Assembly (NCBI GenBank): GCA_965648935.1
Contig: CBFGIY010000035.1
Coordinates: 1 to 24,108, forward strand
DNA from: a candidate division WOR-3 bacterium
Lineage (GTDB): Bacteria > Hydrothermota > Tepidihabitantia > Tepidihabitantales > Tepidihabitantaceae
Direction: 5' to 3'
DNA length: 24,108 nt
The notes under the pieces were generated by a model. That model made no database searches. It saw only the letters and a list, made by a program, of their open reading frames with translations, and was not told the DNA's origin. The first letter of the stretch is position 1. Each line of letters opens with the position of its first letter. Positions 11,702 to 19,318 of this stretch are shown piece by piece. The translations under genes and the position numbers were made by a program.

Positions 11702-12763
11702 CTAATCGAACCGGCACTCGACCAGCCGGCTCGCCCCGACAACGCCCGCGTCCCGCCCCAGCTTCGACAGCACCACCGCCAGCCTGCGTCCCGGAAAGAA
11801 CGGCACCAGCCGGAACAGGGCCCGCCGCGTCGCGCGCAGCAGCGGCTGGCCCAGCCCGGCCACGCCGCCGCCGATGACGATTTTCTCCGGGTCGAGAAGC
11901 TGGACCGCGTTGGCGAGTCCGGCCCCGAGCGCCGACCCGACTTCCTCGACCAGCCCGAGCGCGAGCTTGTCCCCGGCGCGCGCGGCCTGCCCGATGGTCT
12001 TGGTCGTGATGGCTTCGAGGTCGTCCCCGGCAAACTGGTAGACAAGGCTGGGCGCGTCGGTCCTCACGCCGTCGAACATCGGCAACTGGTTGCGGTGAGT
12101 CCTGATGCGCCTGAGCTGGGCCCGGACCCGGCGCCGCGCCCGGTCGACGATCCAGGCCGCGCCGACGTAGCGCTCGACACAGCCGCGGTTGCCGCACTTG
12201 CACGAAAGACCTCTGAGGTCGATGGTCGTGTGGCCGATCTCGCCGGCCGCGTGGTTGGCGCCGAGGACGAGCCGGCCGCCGGCCACGATGCCGCCGCCCA
12301 GCCCCGTGCCCAGGGTCACGCAGACAAAGTCGCGGCAGTCGCGCCCGGCCCCGAACTTCCACTCGCCGAGCGTCACCGCGTTCACGTCGTTGGCGACAAA
12401 GACCGGCACGCCGGTCAGCCGTTCGAGAGTGTGTTTCACCGGCGCGCCGTTCCACTTCGGCAGATTGGGCGGGAGGCGCACGATGCCCTGAATGTGGTCA
12501 ACCAGACCGGGCAGGCCGATGCCGATCGAGCGCAGGCGCCGGCCCGCGGCCAGCCGCGCCGCGGCCTCGGCGATGCGCTCCAGCGCCTGCTTCGGTCCCT
12601 TATTGGCCCTGGTCGGCAGCAGCTCGCGCTCAAGCACCTTGCCCGCGGCATCCACGAGGCCCATCTTGATGTTTGTCCCGCCGAGGTCAACCCCGATGTC
12701 GAGCTGGCCGACGCTGCTGTGGCCCCTGGGGATAGGGTAGCGCAGCGCTGCCTTTGCCGTCAT
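11702..12763 (-). CDS. ROK family sugar kinase (glucokinase-like)
   Basis: IGVDLGGT, ANDVNAVTLGE, GTGLGGG, GEIGH, CKCGNRGCVE, IVIGGGV. ATG at 12763 overlaps the upstream stop (ATGA). Confidence 0.93.
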   Translation of the reverse strand: MTAKAALRYPIPRGHSSVGQLDIGVDLGGTNIKMGLVDAAGKVLERELLPTRANKGPKQALERIAEAAARLAAGRRLRSIGIGLPGLVDHIQGIVRLPPNLPKWNGAPVKHTLERLTGVPVFVANDVNAVTLGEWKFGAGRDCRDFVCVTLGTGLGGGIVAGGRLVLGANHAAGEIGHTTIDLRGLSCKCGNRGCVERYVGAAWIVDRARRRVRAQLRRIRTHRNQLPMFDGVRTDAPSLVYQFAGDDLEAITTKTIGQAARAGDKLALGLVEEVGSALGAGLANAVQLLDPEKIVIGGGVAGLGQPLLRATRRALFRLVPFFPGRRLAVVLSKLGRDAGVVGASRLVECRFD

Positions 12764-13932
12764 CGGGCCCTGGCCTCGCGCCAGCGCAGGCGTATCAGCT
12801 TCTCCATCGCCGCACTCAGGTTCACGCTCCGGCGCGCCATCATGGCGCGCGCGTTGGCCACGGCCGCATCCTCGGGCCAGGCGCCGTGCCTGCCCCACGA
12901 GAACGGGGCCAGCTCCTTGCGGGCCAGACCCGGCTCGAACCAGTTGGCGAAGATGCCCACGCGCAGGCCGGTGTTGAACAGCGAGCCGATCGCGGTCTTG
13001 GCGTGGTCGCCGAAGAAAGCGCCGACCTTGGCCAGCCCGGTGTCCACCGGCCCTTCGGGGAAAAACACTTGCACGCTCTCGTAAGTGTTCTTCAAGTCCG
13101 AGTTGGTCGACAGCGCGCCGAGGTTGACCCACTCGCCGACAAAGCTGTGGCCGATGAATCCGTCGTGGTGCTTGTTAGAGTAGCCCTGGAACACGCTTGA
13201 TTCGACCTCGCCGCCGATGCGGCACTGCGGCCCGAAACTGCAGCCCGGGCGCACCCTTGCCCCGTCGATGAGCGTGCCCGGGCCGACGTAGCACGGCCCT
13301 TCGATGAAGCTCCCCGGCCGCACCTCGGCGCCGGAGTCCAGCATCACCGGCCCGGACTCGGTGCTGATTACCGCTCCGGGCCAGACGCGAGCGCCGCGGG
13401 CCATCACGAACCTGCCTGCGCCCACCACCACCGCGCCCTTGTCCGGCTTCGGGGTCTGGGCTTTGGGCTTTGGGATTTCCCGCTGCAGCTCTGCGGGCGT
13501 GAACTCAACAACATCCCACGGCCGCTTGACGGTCCTCGCCTTCACCTGCTCCTCGGCCAGCGTCGCCCGCAGGCCGGCCGGCGAACCGATATGCTCGGCG
13601 CACTCCGCGCACACGCGAAAGCCCACGACCTCGTCCCCGGCCAGGAGCACCGACTCCGGTCCCTGCGGCGACACCGGCTCCTCGAAGATGGCGCGCGCCG
13701 ACAGGAACAGCCGGCCCCTCTTCACCGGCTTGTTCACGCGGGCGTTCGGGTGCCGCTCGGCCGTCACCTCGGCCAGCTCGGGCCTGACCCACAGGTGCAG
13801 CTCCTCTTTCGGGTACAGCCGCTTGACTTTCTCCAGCAGGGTGAACCGGCCGCAGCGCAGGTCAGACACCGGCCGCAGGTCGACGAGCGGCGACAGCCGC
13901 TCAAGGCCCTCTTCCTCGTAGACGCAAATCAT
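12760..13932 (-). CDS. GlmU-like putative sugar nucleotidyltransferase/acetyltransferase with left-handed beta-helix
   Basis: N-terminal LSPLVDLRPVSDLRCGRFTLLEK (NTP_transf_4-like), hexapeptide repeats, IGGEVESSVFQGYSNKHHDGFIGHS.VGEWVNLGA...SDLKN. Confidence 0.88.
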   Translation of the reverse strand: MICVYEEEGLERLSPLVDLRPVSDLRCGRFTLLEKVKRLYPKEELHLWVRPELAEVTAERHPNARVNKPVKRGRLFLSARAIFEEPVSPQGPESVLLAGDEVVGFRVCAECAEHIGSPAGLRATLAEEQVKARTVKRPWDVVEFTPAELQREIPKPKAQTPKPDKGAVVVGAGRFVMARGARVWPGAVISTESGPVMLDSGAEVRPGSFIEGPCYVGPGTLIDGARVRPGCSFGPQCRIGGEVESSVFQGYSNKHHDGFIGHSFVGEWVNLGALSTNSDLKNTYESVQVFFPEGPVDTGLAKVGAFFGDHAKTAIGSLFNTGLRVGIFANWFEPGLARKELAPFSWGRHGAWPEDAAVANARAMMARRSVNLSAAMEKLIRLRWREARAR

Positions 13933-13938
13933 CCGGTC

Positions 13939-13966
13939 AGGATATGCCCGCGCCCGGCCGCGTCAA
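13939..13966 (-). promoter_or_regulatory. Promoter TTGACG-N16-TATCCT, probably giving a leaderless mRNA
   Basis: -35 at 13966-13961, -10 at 13944-13939, ATG 6 nt downstream, no SD. Confidence 0.75.
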
Positions 13967-14004
13967 GCGCCGAGCGAAAAGCCGGCAGCGCCAGGCGTCA
14001 GGCA

Positions 14005-14931
14005 TCACGCTTCCGGCACCACGGCCCGCACCTTCTCGACTTCGCGTCCCTCGCGCCACAGGTGCGCGCTGCGCTTCTCCCCGAGGTCGTGCGTGCTCAT
14101 CACGCACGGGTTGCCCGCGCGGTCGATGGCGTGCACCATCACCTGGCCGATGTACCCGCCGCGCAAGTCCCGCAAGTCCCGGATTGCCTCCTGACACGCC
14201 TGCCGCACGTCCATCCCGCTCTTGAGATACTGCACGACCGACCGCGCGGTCGCGCAGCGAATCGTCATCTCGCCCGCGTGGGTGCAGCCGCACGCGCCAT
14301 AGCGCGAGTCGGCATACAGCCCGGCCCCGACAATCGGCGAGTCGCCGAGCCGGCCCGGATAGCGGTAGGCCCACCCCGAAGTGCTTGCCCCGGCCGCGAG
14401 GTTGCCCGCTCGGTCCCGGCACAGGAACACGACCGTGCCGCGGTTGGTCACGTACCGCGCCGCGGCCCACACCGCGTCAACGAGCGGCCCGCGCGCAAGG
14501 CTCGCGCGCCCTGCCGGGCCGAGCGCCGTGTCGGCCCACTGCCGGTACTCCGCGTGCGCCTTGTCGGTCAAGAGTTCACCGCGCTCGGCCCCGACCTCGG
14601 CCGCGAACCGCGCCGCGCCATCGCCGGTGAGCAGCACGTGGGGCAGCCTGCGCATCACCTCGCGCGCCACCGATACCGCGTGCAGAAACCCCTGCAACGC
14701 GCCGACCGCCCCGGCCTCAAGCGTCGTGCCGTCCATCAAGGCCGCGTCGCAGGCCATCACGCCGAGCACGTCGGGCGTGCCGCCGCGGCCGACCGAGTCC
14801 ACCGACTCGTCGGCTTCGACCACGCGGATGCCGGCCTCGGCCGAGTCCAACGCCGAGCCGCCGCTATCGAGCACCGCCCGCGCCGAGTCGACCCCGACCC
14901 GGCCCTCGCAATTGGTGAGTATGGTCAACAT
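14005..14931 (-). CDS. Ntn-hydrolase asparaginase-2 family (glycosylasparaginase / isoaspartyl peptidase)
   Basis: SVGRGGTPD, DAALMDG, AVSVAREVM, HVLLTGDGA, GTV (catalytic Thr), STSG, PGRLGDSPIVGAGLYAD. Confidence 0.93.
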   Translation of the reverse strand: MLTILTNCEGRVGVDSARAVLDSGGSALDSAEAGIRVVEADESVDSVGRGGTPDVLGVMACDAALMDGTTLEAGAVGALQGFLHAVSVAREVMRRLPHVLLTGDGAARFAAEVGAERGELLTDKAHAEYRQWADTALGPAGRASLARGPLVDAVWAAARYVTNRGTVVFLCRDRAGNLAAGASTSGWAYRYPGRLGDSPIVGAGLYADSRYGACGCTHAGEMTIRCATARSVVQYLKSGMDVRQACQEAIRDLRDLRGGYIGQVMVHAIDRAGNPCVMSTHDLGEKRSAHLWREGREVEKVRAVVPEA

Positions 14932-14937
14932 CGGTTC

Positions 14938-14965
14938 AGACTAGGCGCTGCCCTGCGCCGGTCAA
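14938..14965 (-). promoter_or_regulatory. Promoter TTGACC-N16-TAGTCT, probably giving a leaderless mRNA
   Basis: -35 at 14965-14960, -10 at 14943-14938, ATG 6 nt downstream, no SD. Confidence 0.75.
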
Positions 14966-15030
14966 GCGCCGCCCGGCAGCCATGCCACGGACATCGGCAG
15001 CGTTCTGCGGGCCACCGCGCCTGCGGCCGG

Positions 15031-15306
15031 CCGCCTCGCGCCGCGCGTCATCGCCCGTGTTCGTCCCGCGTTCGCCCAAGGGCTCAACGCGGCACTGACC
15101 GACGCCCTGTTCCCAACGGTCGCGGCCCGGCTCGACCGCGACCTTGCGCCCCGCTTCAGACCGCCGCTTGCGTGCCGCCTCAACTGCCTGCCTATCCGGG
15201 TCCTCGTCCTGCGATTCACAACGCCAACCAAACGCGCGCCGGCGCGGTCGTTCATCGCCGCGTTCGCCACCGGGTTCGGCATCCGGGTCACTACCCGGGT
15301 CACCCC
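15031..15306. repeat. Degenerate 12-bp-periodic tandem array, 23 units, approximate consensus SCGS(C/G/T)TCRNNNC
   Basis: Manual phasing from 15031 without indels: T at unit position 6 in 20/23, C at position 7 in 16/23, purine at position 8 in 21/23. Examples: cgcgttcgccac, cgggttcggcat, ccgggtcactac, ccgggtcacccc. Confidence 0.8.
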
Positions 15307-15308
15307 CT

Positions 15309-15356
15309 CCACAACCTGTGGTATGCCATTCCGCGCCGACCCACTACATGTAGGGG
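15309..15356. promoter_or_regulatory. Tandem NrdR-box-like sites
   Basis: CCACAACCTGTGGTAT (15309-15324) and CCACTACATGTAGGGG (15341-15356) resemble acaCwAtATaTwGtgt; 32-bp start-to-start spacing fits known tandem NrdR boxes. Confidence 0.6.
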
Positions 15357-15402
15357 ACACCGATACCTGCGCGGCGGGCGTTCGTCTCCTGCCCGCGCCC
15401 GG

Positions 15403-15430
15403 TTGACACCGCTGGCCGCACTAATATGAT
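15403..15430 (+). promoter_or_regulatory. Promoter TTGACA-N16-TATGAT upstream of yjbQ
   Basis: -35 at 15403-15408, -10 at 15425-15430; in-frame GTG at 15442. Confidence 0.8.
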
Positions 15431-15441
15431 TGAGTGCCGAC

Positions 15442-15837
15442 GTGGAGACCTTCTCGCTCAAAACCCATCAACGTGAGGAGTTGGTCGATATCACCGGCAG
15501 GGTGAACGAGATTGTCGCGCGGCTCGGCATCGCGGAAGGCATCTGCTGGGTGTCGGTGCCGCACACGACCGCAGGCGTGACCGTGAACGAGGGCTATGAC
15601 CCGGACGTGGCCGCCGACATCACCGCCGCGCTGGGGCGCATCGCGCCGCGGTCGGCCGGTTACGCGCACGCCGAGGGCAATTCGGACGCGCACGTCAAGG
15701 CGTCGCTGGTCGGCTCCTGCCAGAGCGTGCCGGTCGAGAACGGCCGCCTGGCCCTCGGGCAATGGCAGGCGGTGTTTTTCTGCGAGTTTGACGGGCCGCG
15801 CACGCGCGAGGTGCGGGTCAAGACCATTGCGGGGTAG
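15442..15837 (+). CDS. yjbQ: YjbQ/UPF0047 family protein (secondary thiamine-phosphate synthase)
   Basis: DIT, PHTTAGVTVNE, HAEGNSDAHVKASL, LGQWQAVFFCEFDGPR. GTG 15442 preferred because TTG 15430 overlaps the -10 box. Confidence 0.93.
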   Translation: METFSLKTHQREELVDITGRVNEIVARLGIAEGICWVSVPHTTAGVTVNEGYDPDVAADITAALGRIAPRSAGYAHAEGNSDAHVKASLVGSCQSVPVENGRLALGQWQAVFFCEFDGPRTREVRVKTIAG

Positions 15838-15915
15838 CGGGCCGGATGCCCGGCCCCGCCGACAGCGAGAGTCAGTTCTGAACCGGGCGCGAGTCGCGCC
15901 GCTATTGGAGGATTG

Positions 15916-16989
15916 ATGCATAAGAAGCTCTTCATCCCCGGACCGACCGAGGTCCGCAAGGAGATTCTGGACGCCCAGGCCCAGTGGATGATCGGCCACC
16001 GGTCAAAGGACTTCGGCGAGCTGAACAAGCGCTGCGTCGAGAAGACCAAGCAGATTCTCGCCACGAAGAACTACGTGATGTGGTTCACGTCGTCCGGCAC
16101 CGGCACGATGGAGGGCGCGCTGCGCAATGTCGTGACCGGCAAGATTCTGCACACCGTGAACGGCGCGTTCTCGGACCGCTGGTTCAAGATTTCCAAGGCC
16201 TGCGGCAAGGACGCGGTGTCGCTGGCCGTGGAGTGGGGCAAGGCGGTCAAGCCCGAGATGATCGACGCCGAGCTGGCCAAGGGCGGGTACCAGTGCCTGA
16301 CCATCACCCAGAACGAAACCTCGACCGGCGTGCGCGCGCCGATCGAGGACATCGCCAGAATGATGAAGGCGAAGTACCCGGACGTGCTCATCCTGGTCGA
16401 CGCGGTGTCCGGCCTGATGGGCGACTGGTTCGACATCGACGCGCTCGGCCTCGATATCGTGGTCGCCTCGTCGCAGAAGGCGGTCGCCTTGCCGCCCGGC
16501 CTTGCCGTGGCGATCGTGTCCCAGCGCGCGCTGGACAAGTGCCGCACCGTGGCCGACCGCGGCTACTACTTCGACTACGACGCGATGCTGAAGCGCTACG
16601 ACAAGGACTTCCAGACCCCGACGACCCCGGCGATTTCGCTCTTCTGGGCCCTGGACAAGGAACTCGACCACATCCTCGCCGAGACGATGCAGGGCCGGTA
16701 CCAGCGCCACCTCGAGATGGCGAAGTTCACCCGCGAATGGGTGAAGCAGTACTTCGCGCCGTTCGCCGAGCCGGGCTACGAGTCGGTGACGCTGACCACC
16801 GCCGCCAACAGCCGCGGCATCAGCGTCAAGGACCTCAACGGCGAGCTGGCCAAGCTCGGGATGCAGATATCGAACGGCTACGGCGACCTGAAGGAGAAGA
16901 CCTTCCGCATCGCCCATATGGGCGACCTGACGATGGACGATATGAAGGAAGTCACTTCGGCCATCGTCAAGGTCCTCAAGCTCGGATAG
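15916..16989 (+). CDS. Class V PLP-dependent aminotransferase (alanine-glyoxylate / serine-pyruvate type)
   Basis: LFIPGPT, IGHRS, SSGTGTME, NETSTGV, VDAVS, SSQK (PLP lysine), TPTTP, FRIAHMG; SD GGAGG. Confidence 0.94.
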   Translation: MHKKLFIPGPTEVRKEILDAQAQWMIGHRSKDFGELNKRCVEKTKQILATKNYVMWFTSSGTGTMEGALRNVVTGKILHTVNGAFSDRWFKISKACGKDAVSLAVEWGKAVKPEMIDAELAKGGYQCLTITQNETSTGVRAPIEDIARMMKAKYPDVLILVDAVSGLMGDWFDIDALGLDIVVASSQKAVALPPGLAVAIVSQRALDKCRTVADRGYYFDYDAMLKRYDKDFQTPTTPAISLFWALDKELDHILAETMQGRYQRHLEMAKFTREWVKQYFAPFAEPGYESVTLTTAANSRGISVKDLNGELAKLGMQISNGYGDLKEKTFRIAHMGDLTMDDMKEVTSAIVKVLKLG

Positions 16990-17032
16990 TCCGGTTTTGC
17001 GCCCGGCGGTCCGGGCGCGGAAAGGAGGCGGG

Positions 17033-19315
17033 CTGAGCCGGGCGCTGCTGACCGCGCTGCTTGTGGCAGTCGGCAGTCCCGGGCCGGCCCGCCGCTTTGT
17101 TCCCGAACCGTACGGCGCGGCCGGGGCGGTCGAGTGCGCCAACGGGCTCCGGATCGATTCGTCGCGCGCATACCGCGCTGACGACCGCATCCCTGCCGGC
17201 AGGGTTGTCGTCGCGGCGCTGCGCCGGCCGGTCGATTCGGACGCGCTCGAGGCCCTGCGCCGGGCCGGGCTTGAGCCGCTGGCCGGGGTGTTTCCGCAGT
17301 CGGTGGTCTGCCGCGCGGCGCGCGAGCTGGCCGGTCTGGCGCCGCCCTGCGCGCTCTGGCTCGCGCCCCTGCCCCCCGCCGCGAAGCTCGCGCCTGACCT
17401 CGCCGCGTCGGGCGCAGTGCAGGCCGTGGCCGCGCTCTGGCCCGGCGGTGACCTGCGAACTGATGACATCGAAGGGCTCGGCGCGCGCCTGACCCGCGTC
17501 GGGGCGCGTACGGTCGAGTTCGAATGCCCGGCCGACCGGCTCGCGGCGGTCGCCGCGCTCGACCGCATCGCCTGGATTCAGCCGCGCGCCGCGGCCGCGC
17601 CTTTCAACGACAACGTGCAGTGGGTCCTGCAGCGCGGCTGGCTGCCCGAGGCGCCCCCGCCTGAAACAGCGACCCCGGTCTGGAACCGCGGCATCCGGGG
17701 CCAGGGCATGGTCATCGGCCTGTTCGATTCCGGTATCCGGACCGAGCACGACATGTTCCGCGACGACCGCGTACCCATCACTCAGCCCGGCATCTACCCG
17801 GGGCACCGCAAGGTAGTCGCATACAAGCTCTACCGTAACGCCGCGTTCAGCGACCACAGCGGGTTCAGCTATCACGGCACCGCGGTTGCCGGCTGCCTCG
17901 CGGCCAGCGACTCGGCGACCGGCGGCCTGAGCAAGTTCGACGGCTTCGCGCCGGACGCGCGCATCTACTTCGTCGACAACGGCACCGCAATCGGCACCTA
18001 TGTCTTCGACCCGGACCTGACCGAACTGCTTGACTCGGTGCGCTACAGCCTGGGGATGGACGATCCGGTGAAGCAATCGTCCGGCTCCTTCGGCACGGGT
18101 GACGCGCTCGGCTACTACCGGCTCGAGGAGGCTTCGACCGACGCGGTGCTCTGGGCGGACAAGTGGTTCACCCTGGCCTGGGCCGCGGGCAACTTCGGCC
18201 GCGGCATCTACAACATCGGCCACCCATCCTGCGCCAAGAACCTGCTCACGGTCGGCGCCTGCGAGAACGGCACCGATGCCAGGCTCGTGGCCAGTTTCAC
18301 CTCGCGCGGCCCGACCCGTGACCAGCGAGTCAAACCCGAGCTTCTCTCGCCCGGGCGCAACGTCTGGACCGCTTACGGCGACAGCGTTAACAGCTACCGG
18401 TCGCGCTCGGGCACGAGTTTCTCGACGCCCGGCGTGTCGGCCGCGCTGGCCCTGATTCGCCAGTACCTGCGCGACGGCTGGCATCCGCTCGGACGGCCCG
18501 AGCCGGGCAACGCCTGGCCCCGGGCCAGCTCGGCGCTGCTGCGCGCGCTCGCCGTGGCCGGGGCCGAGCCCGACGTCGGCACGGATTTCGTGCCCAACAA
18601 GGATGTCGGCTGGGGCCGGCTCAACCTCGGCCGGCTGCTGCACTTCGAGGGCGACAGCATCGAGCTTGACCTTTTCGAGGACACGGTCGGGATCGCGACC
18701 GGCGAGCTGCGCGAGTACGAGTTCGTGCGCGTCGCGCGCCAGCCGCTGCGCGTCGTGCTGTGCTGGACCGATACCGCGGCCGCGCTCTTTCCCGCGGCCG
18801 CCCTGGTCAACGACCTAGACCTCGAGCTGGTCAGCCCGGACGGCAACCGCTACCGCGGCAACCAGCTTTATGCCGGGCAGTCCGCGGCCAATCCGCCCCT
18901 GTGGGATGAGCGCAACACCATCGAGGTCTGCCTGCTCGACGTCCCGCTTGACGGCCGCTGGACCGTGCGCGTGCTTGCCCGCAACGTCTACACCGAGCGC
19001 CAGCCCTACGCGGTCGCGGTACGGACCGGGCCGGTCCCGCAGAGCGGCATCGCTGATGCGCGGCCCGCTCCGCTCCTGCGGCGCTCGGTCATGGGCGCTT
19101 CACCCCGCGTCGGGCTGTTGCTCGAGGGGCCGGGCCGGCTGACCGTCTACGCGGCCGACGGCCGAGCGGCAGCGCGCCTGAGCGTGGCGCCCGGACCGAG
19201 CCAGTGGCCATGGACCGACGGTGCAGGCCGGCCCCTGCCGGCCGGGGTCTACGCGGTCCGATTTGAACCGCTCGGCCGCCCGGCCGAGTCGTTCCGTTCG
19301 GTTGTCGTCAGGTAG
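17033..19315 (+). CDS. Secreted S8 (subtilisin, Kp43-like) serine peptidase with C-terminal FlgD-Ig/T9SS-type sorting-like domain
   Basis: Catalytic D (IGLFDSG), H (HGTAVAG), oxyanion N (AAGN), S (SGTSFSTP); AKNLLTVGA, SRGPTRDQRVKPEL, GWGRLNL, VNDLDL; tail YAADGR...LPAGVY. Start is CTG 17033 (after AAAGGAGG) or TTG 16997. Confidence 0.9.
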   Translation: MSRALLTALLVAVGSPGPARRFVPEPYGAAGAVECANGLRIDSSRAYRADDRIPAGRVVVAALRRPVDSDALEALRRAGLEPLAGVFPQSVVCRAARELAGLAPPCALWLAPLPPAAKLAPDLAASGAVQAVAALWPGGDLRTDDIEGLGARLTRVGARTVEFECPADRLAAVAALDRIAWIQPRAAAAPFNDNVQWVLQRGWLPEAPPPETATPVWNRGIRGQGMVIGLFDSGIRTEHDMFRDDRVPITQPGIYPGHRKVVAYKLYRNAAFSDHSGFSYHGTAVAGCLAASDSATGGLSKFDGFAPDARIYFVDNGTAIGTYVFDPDLTELLDSVRYSLGMDDPVKQSSGSFGTGDALGYYRLEEASTDAVLWADKWFTLAWAAGNFGRGIYNIGHPSCAKNLLTVGACENGTDARLVASFTSRGPTRDQRVKPELLSPGRNVWTAYGDSVNSYRSRSGTSFSTPGVSAALALIRQYLRDGWHPLGRPEPGNAWPRASSALLRALAVAGAEPDVGTDFVPNKDVGWGRLNLGRLLHFEGDSIELDLFEDTVGIATGELREYEFVRVARQPLRVVLCWTDTAAALFPAAALVNDLDLELVSPDGNRYRGNQLYAGQSAANPPLWDERNTIEVCLLDVPLDGRWTVRVLARNVYTERQPYAVAVRTGPVPQSGIADARPAPLLRRSVMGASPRVGLLLEGPGRLTVYAADGRAAARLSVAPGPSQWPWTDGAGRPLPAGVYAVRFEPLGRPAESFRSVVVR

Positions 19316-19318
19316 CGG

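Noticed and set aside
11697..11702. Intrinsic terminators at convergent gene ends (also 643-646 and 19315-19319)
   Set aside because: Stops abut or overlap and no hairpin plus U-tract is visible.
11702..13132. 476-aa extended ROK ORF suggesting an N-terminal extra domain
   Set aside because: The extension overlaps the GlmU-like gene in another frame; the ATGA-coupled start at 12763 is more plausible.
15031..15306. CRISPR array or iteron interpretation
   Set aside because: No identical repeats with spacers, units are short and degenerate, and no cas or rep genes are nearby.
14962..15360. 132-aa minus-strand ORF over the 12-bp array as a definite CDS
   Set aside because: No clear promoter or well-spaced SD, Arg-rich low complexity, and other frames are equally open. 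Kept only as one hypothesis for the array.
13591..15429. 612-aa plus-strand ORF
   Set aside because: Antisense to the GlmU-like and asparaginase genes, no motifs; expected stop depletion at high GC.
15838..15915. Glycine riboswitch before the aminotransferase
   Set aside because: Too short and lacks the GGAGA...CCGAAG...CTCTCAGG core.
16003..18643. Long minus-strand ORFs (521 aa and 555 aa)
   Set aside because: Antisense shadows of the aminotransferase and S8 protease genes.
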